Assembly (NCBI GenBank): GCA_012813795.1
Contig: GCA_012813795.1_4087.1
Direction: 5' to 3' (one strand)
From: a phage
Length of the DNA stretch: 64,000 bases
The notes under the pieces are model-generated. The model was not told the DNA's origin. It worked only from the letters and a program-made list of their open reading frames with translations, and ran no database searches. Below are positions 28,734 to 47,071 of the stretch, piece by piece. Numbering within the stretch: position 1 is the stretch's first letter; every line of letters begins with the position of its first letter. Made by a program: the position numbers and the translations under genes.

Positions 28734-29658
28734 TTTTAATATCTCCTATTAAGTTCTCTAATATAGTTCGGTGATTTTGTTTATAATTTATTCGTATCAA
28801 ATTGATATTGTTAATATTACAAAAATTAGTTTTTATCAAATCACGTTTTTTAATATTAATCAATTCGTCAACACCACCCCAATGTTCCTTTTCGACGTAA
28901 TGCTGTTCACCATCATATTCTATACATATATTATAATCTGGTAAATAAAAATCAAAAGGTAATGGGTTTATATTCTTACAATCATCAAACTTATATTCTG
29001 TTATGTATTTAATTTTATTAATAGTGAGTATGTGACTAATATCTTGAACAGCTTTGGATATTTTATTATTACATAAGGAACAACCTTTTCCAGCTTGATG
29101 GTCAGAAAGTCTTTGGAAATAATAACCATGATTTGGGCAACCAATTTCAACAATATCATTCATATATTCATAATCTAATTTAGAATAATCATACTTATTA
29201 TTATGTATAAAATTACATTTATTAATAACTTTTTCTTTAGATTTTTTTCTTTTATTACCAATTACCACATTAGCACATTTTTTACATCCCTTCCCATCCA
29301 AATGAGAATTAACGGTTTGATAAAACATACCATGATTTTCACATGGACAAAATATTTTGATGGTTGTGGAATGTGATATTTTTTCGCAATATTCATATAT
29401 ATACTTATTGTTATGTATAACATTTGAACGTTCTATAAATTTATCATATGTTAATTTCGCATTACCTGAACACTCTGGACAACCGCCACCATTTCTATGA
29501 TAATAAGCATCTTGTACAAATTCACCATGAAAAGGACATATTATAATTATATTTGATTTTATTTTTATCAAATCAGTTTGAGTGTAATCATAAAAGAAAT
29601 TATGTTTTAAATGACATGAAATTATATATTCTTTCAATGTTATTTTAGGTCGCCCCAT
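28723..29658 (-). CDS. putative endonuclease: three zinc-ribbon repeats plus Vsr/DUF559-like PD-(D/E)xK domain
   Basis: Three copies of NNKY...CP.HG.F...H..GKGC..C; C-terminal FDFYLPDYNICIEYDGEQHY. Confidence 0.5.
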   Translation of the reverse strand: MGRPKITLKEYIISCHLKHNFFYDYTQTDLIKIKSNIIIICPFHGEFVQDAYYHRNGGGCPECSGNAKLTYDKFIERSNVIHNNKYIYEYCEKISHSTTIKIFCPCENHGMFYQTVNSHLDGKGCKKCANVVIGNKRKKSKEKVINKCNFIHNNKYDYSKLDYEYMNDIVEIGCPNHGYYFQRLSDHQAGKGCSLCNNKISKAVQDISHILTINKIKYITEYKFDDCKNINPLPFDFYLPDYNICIEYDGEQHYVEKEHWGGVDELINIKKRDLIKTNFCNINNINLIRINYKQNHRTILENLIGDIKNAI

Positions 29659-29661
29659 GAA

Positions 29662-32906
<3,245 letters not shown>

Positions 32907-32954
32907 GTAATAAAAGCTCCAAATAGTTTGTAATAGGTGTTGGTTACAGTAAAG

Positions 32955-32983
32955 ATTGTATAACAATAATTGATTTCTGTCAA
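32955..32983 (-). promoter_or_regulatory. sigma70-like promoter TTGACA-N17-TACAAT upstream of IF3 homologue
   Basis: Minus strand -35 at 32978-32983, -10 at 32955-32960. Confidence 0.45.
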
Positions 32984-33174
32984 GCTCCATTATTGTATTT
33001 TTTCAATGCATCACAAATAGCTTGTACTTGAATAAGATAAGTTTTTGCAAACTCAGCTTGTGTACGAACACGTGGGTTTGGTGCATTTTTAATCATAATG
33101 TCAAGGTCATATACAACTTTGTCGAATACACCTTTGTCATCAATGATACGATCATAGAATGATTTGTCTTCCAT
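32980..33174 (-). CDS. small hypothetical protein
   Basis: GGAG SD 8 nt upstream of ATG. Confidence 0.45.
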   Translation of the reverse strand: MEDKSFYDRIIDDKGVFDKVVYDLDIMIKNAPNPRVRTQAEFAKTYLIQVQAICDALKKYNNGA

Positions 33175-33198
33175 GTCAAGAACTCCATGTAATAAAAA

Positions 33199-33765
33199 TT
33201 ATAGTTTAACGTATGTTACTTCGGTTGCATCAGCCAAAGATGGCACATCAACGTAAATGTTTTCATATTCCACAAAATCAATGGTGGTTTTTACGAAAGC
33301 ATTATCAATACGTTGGATAGTTTTTTGAACTGAAATTTGTTCTTGTTCTAATGCATTAGTGCCGTTACCAGTTAATGCTGCATTTAGCATATCCTGAATA
33401 ACTTTTGCAGCGGCAGCAGTTTTTTGATCTTCAGTTTTGAGTTCTTTTTGTTCTTCAGCACTCAATGTGCTCAGGAACGGCTCATAACTAATATACCCAA
33501 CATGAATAGATGCATCAGAAGGGATAGTTTTTGCTGTACCTTCAGTGTTAAATTCTACTGTGTAATAGGTAGGGACTGAATGTTCAGATAGTAGGCGTGT
33601 TACATATTGCATACGCAAATAGGCAATACTTTTCGCTTTTGTTTCTGCATCAGATGGGGCCAGGGTTGCATCTGATGAATCATAATCATCATATTGATTA
33701 TACATTTTGTTATCTAGATTTGTACCAGACACACTGATTTTAAATACTTTTAATAAATTGTTCAC
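33199..33765 (-). CDS. hypothetical protein
   Basis: ORF track. Confidence 0.55.
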   Translation of the reverse strand: MNNLLKVFKISVSGTNLDNKMYNQYDDYDSSDATLAPSDAETKAKSIAYLRMQYVTRLLSEHSVPTYYTVEFNTEGTAKTIPSDASIHVGYISYEPFLSTLSAEEQKELKTEDQKTAAAAKVIQDMLNAALTGNGTNALEQEQISVQKTIQRIDNAFVKTTIDFVEYENIYVDVPSLADATEVTYVKL

Positions 33766-33809
33766 TGTATATTTTCTCCATTATACAAAGCACTTTTGAT
33801 TATTTATTG

Positions 33810-39392
<5,583 letters not shown>

Positions 39393-39418
39393 TCACCATA
39401 AAACACACAGTACCAGAT

Positions 39419-39592
39419 TATTCTTCAATTTTAGGTGTAAACATTATCACATGTGCTTGCACGAGATGTGTACCATCATTTAAGATCATACCATTATCAC
39501 GTACTGCAATCACAGAACCAGTAATTTTGTATCCACCTACAACAACAAACTCATAGACGATACCAGGCTCAATTGAAAAAATATCATTCATA
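39419..39592 (-). CDS. small ORF (57 aa) not in ORF track
   Basis: ATG at 39590-39592 (minus) to stop at 39419-39421 fills a gap; weak SD. Confidence 0.3.
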
Positions 39593-39610
39593 AAATATAC
39601 CCATGTAAAA

Positions 39611-39630
39611 GGGGATTCAGTTGAATCCCC
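39611..39630 (-). terminator. hairpin ggggattca-gt-tgaatcccc plus T-run
   Basis: Near-perfect 9-bp palindrome downstream of nrdB stop, followed by TTTT on minus strand. Confidence 0.5.
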
Positions 39631-39642
39631 TAGGTTAGATTA

Positions 39643-40767
39643 TTATAGTTTGAATGGACTAAAAGTATCTTCATTCACATCGTTCACAATACCACCAATG
39701 ATATATGAACTGATTTCAGTTTCTTGTGGTGCGACTTGAACATCTGCACTTGTAATCCAGTGTTCAGTCCAAGGTAGTGGATTGTTCTTTGATACACTGT
39801 ACGGACATTTAACACCAACACCGGACATACGTTTAGAACCAATCCAACGAACATATTGTTTTAGGATTTCTGCATTCAAACCAATGATAGAACCATCTTT
39901 GAATAGATAGTCTGCCCACTTTTCTTCTTGTACAATGGCATCAATGAACATTGCTTGTACTGTATCATAGCACTCTTCTGCAATTTTTGCAAAGTCTGGA
40001 TCTTCTTTCTTAAGAAGACGTAGAATCATTTGGGTTGCGGCAAGATGTAGGTTTTCATCACGACAGATTAGACGGATAATCTTTGCGTTACCTTCCATCA
40101 ATTTATTTTCAGCAAAAGCCCAGGAACAAGCAAAAGAAGCGTAAAAACGAACGCCTTCAAGAATGTTGATACTATTCAAGCACAGCCACATTTTCTTTTT
40201 AAGTTCGTACATATCAACGACAATAGTTTTACCATTGACATTATGTGTTCCTTCACCCAGTACTTTGTACCATGTACCTAGCTCATCCAGTTCATCATAG
40301 TACTTAGACACATCTGCCGCACAATCGGTGATTTCTGGAATATCAAGCATAGTATTAAAAATTTCTGATGGATTTGCATAGATATTACGAATGATGTGCG
40401 TATATGACTTACTGTGGATTGCACCTTCGAAAAATGCCCAAGTTTCAATGAAGTTTTCTAATTCTGGTAATGATGCATAGGGGAGAAGCATCAAGTTTGG
40501 ACCACGACCCTGAACCGAATCAAGTAAGATTTGACGCTTTAGATTCGAATCAAAGATATGCTTTTCAGATGTTGATAAACCTGCAAAATCAATCTTATCT
40601 TTGGTTACATCAACTTCACCTGGTGTCCAGAAGAAACTTTTTTGTTGCTCAGTTAGTTTCTCTAGTGCTGAATATTTTACACTTTCAAATCGTTGAATGT
40701 CAACACTTTCATCAAAAAACATATTTTTTTCTAAGTGTGATTTTTTGTTAATTTTAAAGACTGACAT
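39643..40767 (-). CDS. nrdB: ribonucleotide reductase small subunit NrdB
   Basis: Ferritin-like diiron fold pattern typical of class I RNR beta; adjacent to nrdA; AAGGA SD. Confidence 0.85.
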   Translation of the reverse strand: MSVFKINKKSHLEKNMFFDESVDIQRFESVKYSALEKLTEQQKSFFWTPGEVDVTKDKIDFAGLSTSEKHIFDSNLKRQILLDSVQGRGPNLMLLPYASLPELENFIETWAFFEGAIHSKSYTHIIRNIYANPSEIFNTMLDIPEITDCAADVSKYYDELDELGTWYKVLGEGTHNVNGKTIVVDMYELKKKMWLCLNSINILEGVRFYASFACSWAFAENKLMEGNAKIIRLICRDENLHLAATQMILRLLKKEDPDFAKIAEECYDTVQAMFIDAIVQEEKWADYLFKDGSIIGLNAEILKQYVRWIGSKRMSGVGVKCPYSVSKNNPLPWTEHWITSADVQVAPQETEISSYIIGGIVNDVNEDTFSPFKL

Positions 40768-40788
40768 TTATATTCCTTTTTTGTAGAA

Positions 40789-40808
40789 AATCCCACCGAA
40801 GTGGGATT
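40789..40808 (-). other. intercistronic hairpin aatcccac-cgaa-gtgggatt between nrdA and nrdB
   Basis: 8-bp stem, 4-nt loop. Confidence 0.35.
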
Positions 40809-40813
40809 AATTA

Positions 40814-43132
40814 TTAGATTTTGCAACTGTCGCAGTCATCAGCATCCATTCCGGTGAGGTCAGGTAATACAAAACCACCTTTCTCTTTTGGTGCTGATTC
40901 ATTTAGTAGTTTCTCAACGTCGATTTCATCTGAACCATCATTGGTGTTATGATAGTAAAGGTTCTTAAGACCTACTTTGTACGCATACATCAATTCAGTC
41001 AAAAGTGTAGACATTGGTAATTTCCCTTCTGGGAAATGCTCAGGATTGTAACTAGTGTTGACACTAATACTTTGGTCAATATACTTCTGAAGAATACCAC
41101 AGATTTGTAGATAACCAATATTATCTTTTTGATCCCATAGTAGATCGTACTTATTCTTCAACTTACCAATCTCAGGAACTACTTGTTTCAAAATACCATC
41201 TTTGGATATTTTACGTGATACTAGCGAACGCGGTTTTTCGATACCATTAGTACTATTACTAATTTGTGCACTAGTTTCTGCTGGCATTAATGCCATAGTT
41301 GTTGCGTTACGAATACCATATTGTTTGATATCAGCACGTAATGATTCCCAGTCTTGTTTCAACTCAGAAGAAACTAATTCATCAATATCCGATTTATAGG
41401 TATCGATAGGCAAAATACCTTTTGCATATTTCAGATTTTCAAAACCTTCACAGCGGCCTTTTTCTTTTGCCAGTTGGACGGATGCCTTAAGCAAATAATA
41501 TGACCATGCTTCAGTCCATGTGTTTACGGTATCCAATGCTTTAGAATCGTAACGTAAGCCACGCTTAGCTAAGAAGTAAGCGAAGTTAATGATACCAACA
41601 CCCAATGGACGATATAGGTTTGTAGCTCGTTCTGCGTGCAATACGGGGTAGTCCTGATAGTCTAATAGAGAGTCTAATGCACGAACTGACAACTCACACA
41701 CCAACTCCATATCTTCTGGATTTTCAAAATTACCCCAGTTAATTGCACTTAGAGTACATAGGCTAATTAGACCATCACCATTATTAATATCATCAAATGG
41801 CACTGACGGTAGTGCGATTTCTTGACATAAGTTGGATTGCTCAACAGGTGCAACAACTTCATCAAATGGTGAATGCGTATTTGCATGGTCAATATTTTGA
41901 ATATAGATACGACCAGTTTCTGCACGCTCTTGCATTAAAGTACTGAATACTTCCAATGCTGGAACCACTTTCTTACGAATACTTGGGTCTGCTTCATATT
42001 TCTTGTATAGACGCTCGAATTCTTTTTGGTTAGAGCAGAATGCTTCATATAACCCAGGAACATCACCAGGACTAAAGAAACTAATATTTTTATTATCAAC
42101 CAAACGTTGATATAAAGTTTTATTAATCTGGAAACAATAATCTAGTTGACGTACTCGGTTAAATTCTGTACCTTTGTTATTCTTTAATACAACTAAACTT
42201 TCAAATTCTAAATGCCACAATGGGAAATGCACAGTTGCTGCACCACCACGCACACCACCTTGGGAACAGCTTTTAACGGTTTTTGCAGTACTTGCGATAA
42301 ATGGAATCAAACCAGTATGTACTGCATCACCACCACGGATTTCAGAATCAAGTGCACGAATACGTCCCATGTTGATACCAAGTCCGGCTTTGCGGGAGAT
42401 ATAACGCAAAATAGCATGGTTTGATGAGCCAATACTATCTAGACTATCACCAACGTTTAGTACTACACATGAGCTAAACTGACGTGTATTAGTACGTAAG
42501 CCAGCCATGATTGGTGTAGGTAGACTAATGTCGAAGTTACTGATTGCATCATAAAACTTCTTAACATATGACATACGAACGTCTTTATCATAACCCATAA
42601 AGATAATTGCTGCAATGGTCATGTATGCCATTTGCGGGGATTCATAAATCTTTTTGGTTACACGGTTCTTACACAAATACTTCCCTTCCCATTGACGCAT
42701 TGCGACATAGGTGAAACGGTCATCACGCTTATGCTTGATATACTTACCAAGTTCTTCGATTTCTTGAAGGGTGTATTTTTCTAGGATTTCAGGATCATAA
42801 ATCTTAGTGTCTACCATCTCCTGTAGATGAGCAGAATATTTAATTGGCTCATATTGTCCATATACTTGCTTACGAATACTATAGTTTAGTAGGCGACCAG
42901 CAACGTATTGATAATTCGGGGTATCCTCTGTGATTAGTTCAGCAGCGGATTTAATAAGAATATCATGAATAGTACTACTTTCGATACCTTCATAAAATTG
43001 TAGTTGTGCTTTAATCTCGATTTCAGATACAGACACACCACTTAGACCTTCACACGAAAAGAATAAAATTTGGTGAATTTTGTCCAGATTCAACGGTTCC
43101 TTTGAACCATCACGTTTGGTTACGTTAATCAT
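40814..43132 (-). CDS. nrdA: ribonucleotide reductase large subunit NrdA
   Basis: N-terminal ATP-cone pattern (VTKRDGSKEPLNLDKI), catalytic core, C-terminal CxxC tail; AAGGA SD. Confidence 0.9.
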   Translation of the reverse strand: MINVTKRDGSKEPLNLDKIHQILFFSCEGLSGVSVSEIEIKAQLQFYEGIESSTIHDILIKSAAELITEDTPNYQYVAGRLLNYSIRKQVYGQYEPIKYSAHLQEMVDTKIYDPEILEKYTLQEIEELGKYIKHKRDDRFTYVAMRQWEGKYLCKNRVTKKIYESPQMAYMTIAAIIFMGYDKDVRMSYVKKFYDAISNFDISLPTPIMAGLRTNTRQFSSCVVLNVGDSLDSIGSSNHAILRYISRKAGLGINMGRIRALDSEIRGGDAVHTGLIPFIASTAKTVKSCSQGGVRGGAATVHFPLWHLEFESLVVLKNNKGTEFNRVRQLDYCFQINKTLYQRLVDNKNISFFSPGDVPGLYEAFCSNQKEFERLYKKYEADPSIRKKVVPALEVFSTLMQERAETGRIYIQNIDHANTHSPFDEVVAPVEQSNLCQEIALPSVPFDDINNGDGLISLCTLSAINWGNFENPEDMELVCELSVRALDSLLDYQDYPVLHAERATNLYRPLGVGIINFAYFLAKRGLRYDSKALDTVNTWTEAWSYYLLKASVQLAKEKGRCEGFENLKYAKGILPIDTYKSDIDELVSSELKQDWESLRADIKQYGIRNATTMALMPAETSAQISNSTNGIEKPRSLVSRKISKDGILKQVVPEIGKLKNKYDLLWDQKDNIGYLQICGILQKYIDQSISVNTSYNPEHFPEGKLPMSTLLTELMYAYKVGLKNLYYHNTNDGSDEIDVEKLLNESAPKEKGGFVLPDLTGMDADDCDSCKI

Positions 43133-43196
43133 TTATCATCCTTGTTACTCATTATTTCAGTTCAATATTTAGTACTGCAAAATTATGGGGAAGAAA

Positions 43197-43213
43197 AAGG
43201 CGGGACGCCTTTT
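43197..43213. terminator. hairpin aaggcg-gga-cgcctt flanked by A/T runs
   Basis: Downstream of gene 43212..43793. Confidence 0.4.
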
Positions 43214-43793
43214 AAGGTTTGTCCCACCCACGGTATACAAATTCTAAAGTATATCCTGATTCTGCAAAATCATTATTACGAACTGTGAAACTCATATTTT
43301 TAGTTTGTTCATCGTAACTTGGATTTTCGAATGTAATCGATATAATAGCATCTGGTCTGTTGGTATTGTTAAATTGGGTTAGTAGAGTGTTTCCACCAAT
43401 CGTTACAATTTGAATAGTTCCTGATTCAAGAATTGTATTACTGGTGTTGTAAGCAATGTAATCAACGAATACACGACTTTGACTTTGAATATAAATGTCA
43501 TACATCTCTACATCTTTAAGTAAATCATAAACGAATGGTCGATTTATAATTTTAGAAACAGTTTGCCACGGGGTAAATTCTGTGATGATTTCCACGTTTT
43601 CTTTACCAGAATTAGGGTCAGTTTCCCATGTTCTACCCGCTACAATACTAGCTGGGTCAGATGAAGAAGGTAAACCAACAAACATACGACCTACATCAGT
43701 ACTGAATGCTAATTGACCCTTTTCTAATGCATCTGGTAAATCACGCTGTTTGCCAGTTCTAATTTGCTGCAACGCAATCTGTTGTTGTGCCAT
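43212..43793 (-). CDS. hypothetical protein
   Basis: ORF track. Confidence 0.55.
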   Translation of the reverse strand: MAQQQIALQQIRTGKQRDLPDALEKGQLAFSTDVGRMFVGLPSSSDPASIVAGRTWETDPNSGKENVEIITEFTPWQTVSKIINRPFVYDLLKDVEMYDIYIQSQSRVFVDYIAYNTSNTILESGTIQIVTIGGNTLLTQFNNTNRPDAIISITFENPSYDEQTKNMSFTVRNNDFAESGYTLEFVYRGWDKP

Positions 43794-43821
43794 ACTAATG
43801 TTCTCCTATAGTATTATAGGA

Positions 43822-44382
43822 TTATTTAGCATTTTCTTTTACTTCAGCAATACGCTCGTTAACTAAGCGAGATACAACTGAACTATCAACCGCTGCAAGA
43901 ATTGCTTCTGGAACTTCAGCTTTTAGGTGTTTGATATATGCTGCTACAGTTTTTAGTTCTTTTGATTGTAGAGAAGTTTTGATGATATCTAGATCTTCTT
44001 TGGAAGCTTCGATACGCTCAATAACAACAACATCTTCTTCGGATTCAACAGATTCTTGTTGTTCTTCTACAATTTGTTTTACTTCTTCTAGTGCTTTTTC
44101 TTGATCTTCTGAATTTTCTACGTATTCTTCGATAACTTCAGGTTTAACATTACGAGATGCTTCATCTACACTAATATCTTCAAAAATCTTTTCTTTGATT
44201 ACTTCTACTGGCTTAGCACCACGAGCTTTGTAATCCTTTGCGTTTTCAATGATACGCTGTGGTAATGGTAATGCTTCGATTTCCTCAATGCTCATTGCCA
44301 TAACTTCATCGATTTCATAACCTTTACTACGTAGTGCTTTGATAATATATAAGTCTTGTTTCATTTGTTTATGCTGCTCCAT
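43822..44382 (-). CDS. hypothetical acidic protein
   Basis: Start set at MEQHKQ with GGAGAAA SD (track 44475 overlaps upstream gene by 107 nt). Confidence 0.45.
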   Translation of the reverse strand: MEQHKQMKQDLYIIKALRSKGYEIDEVMAMSIEEIEALPLPQRIIENAKDYKARGAKPVEVIKEKIFEDISVDEASRNVKPEVIEEYVENSEDQEKALEEVKQIVEEQQESVESEEDVVVIERIEASKEDLDIIKTSLQSKELKTVAAYIKHLKAEVPEAILAAVDSSVVSRLVNERIAEVKENAK

Positions 44383-45088
44383 TGGCTTCAATTTCTCCAC
44401 GTAAAATATAATATTGTTCCACACGACCAATCCACATATCAACTGCATCTTTAAAGTCTTGTCCTTCAATAACAAATTCTTGATATTGTAAATTTTGTGG
44501 ATCTTTTCTTACACAAATAAAAATCACACCACGCTCAATGTTAGTACCATGCATTTGATTATGTGCTAATGCATACGCGGCGATTTGCATACGATAATTT
44601 TCAATATGTTCCCATGTTTTGAGTTTTCGGGAGTTTTTATAATCCATTATCGTAGGTATACCATCATGAACACCAACTAAATCTGTTGTTCCTGCCCACA
44701 AACCTTCATAGAATAAAGGAACTTCTTGACCCCATACCTCGTTGATTCGAGGCCATGCTTCTGACTGGATTTTATCAGCCATTTTTCGTGCAAGAACTCG
44801 TATTGGCATTCCACCTTCATGGTCCGGTTTACCTTCCAAACGGAATTCTAAATTTTCATGCATGAAAGTACCAACAGTACAGGCTTCCAACGTTATCTCA
44901 TTTGCTTTTTCTTCTCCAACAAACTCACGCCATTTCTTCAAACCTTCATTATCTGAAGTGGCACTAAGTATTGTTGTTACTGACGGCAGATTACCCGTTG
45001 GAGTAGAATAAAGGCGACCTTCAGAGCCGCCTTCAATTCTTTTATAATCAACATAAGTATATCTGCTAACAATCGGTGGTGTGTACAT
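44369..45088 (-). CDS. putative PD-(D/E)xK nuclease (RecB/Cas4-like)
   Basis: TDLVGVHDGIPTIMDYK (D...D.K) followed by QIAAYALA (QxxxY). Confidence 0.5.
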   Translation of the reverse strand: MYTPPIVSRYTYVDYKRIEGGSEGRLYSTPTGNLPSVTTILSATSDNEGLKKWREFVGEEKANEITLEACTVGTFMHENLEFRLEGKPDHEGGMPIRVLARKMADKIQSEAWPRINEVWGQEVPLFYEGLWAGTTDLVGVHDGIPTIMDYKNSRKLKTWEHIENYRMQIAAYALAHNQMHGTNIERGVIFICVRKDPQNLQYQEFVIEGQDFKDAVDMWIGRVEQYYILRGEIEANGAA

Positions 45089-45136
45089 CCGTGTACTCCT
45101 AATTATAGCACTATATTTTTGTTTGTCTCAATTTTT

Positions 45137-45469
45137 TTAATCTTTAGTCACAGATGCAGCTTTAGTAGCCCAATCGGTGACCTGTTCTTCTGAATTTTCT
45201 TGTCCATCAGGTGATGGATTTGTGTCCCCATCAGCACCTGCAAATTTCACTATATCAGAATTAACATCTTGTACAAATGGCAATGTGTTAAGAATATCCA
45301 TCATCACATTGTAAGGTACGTCGATGTTAGTTCTTTTTTTAATTTCGGAAATTAAGGATTGCAAATTCACTTCTTCACGACCAGAAGATACCAGAGACAA
45401 TGCAATAGATGTGATCATGTTGCGAATATCTTTTGGTGGTGCATCTTCAGTTAGATCACTGAATTTCAT
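45137..45469 (-). CDS. hypothetical protein
   Basis: ORF track. Confidence 0.45.
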   Translation of the reverse strand: MKFSDLTEDAPPKDIRNMITSIALSLVSSGREEVNLQSLISEIKKRTNIDVPYNVMMDILNTLPFVQDVNSDIVKFAGADGDTNPSPDGQENSEEQVTDWATKAASVTKD

Positions 45470-45479
45470 AATTATATCC

Positions 45480-46109
45480 TTATTTCTTCACAACGCCCAA
45501 AACTTTTTTGATTTTGTGTTGGTTTTCAGTTAGCCAAGAATTCATTTCTGCTTTATTTGAGAAGTACTTAGTACCAATAGTACCGCGAATACTTTCCATC
45601 TCAACACCAATTTTTGTGAATTGTACAGATTCTTTCATTTCACGTTCGGTCGGGATTGGTTCTGAAATTAGGTCTTCTTCGAAATCTGCATCTGCACCCA
45701 TATCAAAAGATGGTTCAGAAGTTACATCAACATCAAACTCATCAGCACCCAAATCGGATACGTCTGGTGCATCAGTGATATCACCAGTTAGCTTTAGAGT
45801 TTCAGTACTGATCTTGTCCTTAACATCCATTAGTGTTGTTACTGCTTGTTGTAGTAAACCACTAACGCTGTTTTTAAAGTTTTCTGCTGCATCTAGACCT
45901 TGCTCAGCTTTGATACGGTCAAGTAGTGGGCCTAGTACGTCAACGCCCATGTTGTTGATAACTTCAGATTGACGTTGTAGCTTATCAACGATTTCACCTT
46001 TAACTGCCAAAACAATTTCTGCTTTTTCGATATTGGATTCGTTGAGTTTAATAAAAGTCATTGCTTCAGCCTTAGAAGAAGACTCCATTAGTTTTTTGTA
46101 ATTTGACAT
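45480..46109 (-). CDS. hypothetical acidic protein
   Basis: ORF track. Confidence 0.5.
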   Translation of the reverse strand: MSNYKKLMESSSKAEAMTFIKLNESNIEKAEIVLAVKGEIVDKLQRQSEVINNMGVDVLGPLLDRIKAEQGLDAAENFKNSVSGLLQQAVTTLMDVKDKISTETLKLTGDITDAPDVSDLGADEFDVDVTSEPSFDMGADADFEEDLISEPIPTEREMKESVQFTKIGVEMESIRGTIGTKYFSNKAEMNSWLTENQHKIKKVLGVVKK

Positions 46110-46142
46110 TTGTATTTCCTTATAAAAATATCCTAAATTTAT

Positions 46143-46832
46143 TTACTTGATATAACCTTCACTCTTGAGGAAGTTCATAACACGTTCTTTGAGTTTTAAT
46201 GCTTCTGCTTTCTTTTCAGCAATTAGTACGTCTAGATCTTTAGCTTCATCGTACTTAGACTCATTCAATACTTGTTGTCTCTTCTTTGCAGCATTAAGTG
46301 CTTCGTTCATCACATGAGTGAATTGCATCCCAGAGCTAATGATACCTAAAATTTTAGCATCAGTCAATACTCGACCTTCATTTAATAAGTTAACTAAAGT
46401 AAGTGCAGCTTCGTACATCATGATATTATTCATTAGTATTTGTGAGCTATGATTACTTTTGATACTATAGGTTTTTGTATTTTTAGTTCCTGGAACTTTC
46501 TCTTCTACTAAACACCAGTTGGTTTTTGGTTTAGTACTGGCACTCGGTGCGTATTGTGGTGTGGACGCTGGATGCCCCATAATGTGTTCATTGTAAGGGC
46601 TATTATATGTTGTTACATGAGGATGTTCTTGGTGTACCTGTTGTACTGGTTCACCGTAATTCATACCAGCCTCATTTAATGAGGTCAAAATATCAGTCAT
46701 TGCCCCAATATCACCACCAGTATTATAATGTGCACCAGATGATGCAGACACATTACCAGACTCGATATCATTCAAACCACTTAGTAAGTTAGTCATCATG
46801 TCAACCGATTTTTGGTCATATTCGTAATTCAT
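46143..46832 (-). CDS. hypothetical protein
   Basis: ORF track. Confidence 0.5.
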   Translation of the reverse strand: MNYEYDQKSVDMMTNLLSGLNDIESGNVSASSGAHYNTGGDIGAMTDILTSLNEAGMNYGEPVQQVHQEHPHVTTYNSPYNEHIMGHPASTPQYAPSASTKPKTNWCLVEEKVPGTKNTKTYSIKSNHSSQILMNNIMMYEAALTLVNLLNEGRVLTDAKILGIISSGMQFTHVMNEALNAAKKRQQVLNESKYDEAKDLDVLIAEKKAEALKLKERVMNFLKSEGYIK

Positions 46833-47071
46833 TTCTTACTCCTTATTGACACATATACTTCATCACCATCATCGTTCTGTTCCTTATTTAGAACACCACG
46901 AGATACAAGTTTTTCAGCCAATTCTTCATAGTATTCATTGACATTTTTAACAGGCACAGTACCGCGTGCCTTTATTTTTTGTAATAACTTATATTCTTCG
47001 TTGGAAACCATAGTATTGTGTCCGTGTAAATTCGGAACAGTACGCATTATAGTCCTCTCATTCTCGAACAA
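46829..47071 (-). CDS. small hypothetical protein
   Basis: ORF track. Confidence 0.4.
   Translation of the reverse strand: MFENERTIMRTVPNLHGHNTMVSNEEYKLLQKIKARGTVPVKNVNEYYEELAEKLVSRGVLNKEQNDDGDEVYVSIRSKK

Noticed and set aside
32907-32990. N-terminal extension of the IF3 homologue in the ORF track (MELDRNQLLLYNLYCN...)
   Set aside because: No Shine-Dalgarno before its ATG, and the extension contains a near-consensus TTGACA-N17-TACAAT promoter on the coding strand; the downstream MKS ATG has a GGAG SD and gives a typical IF3 length.
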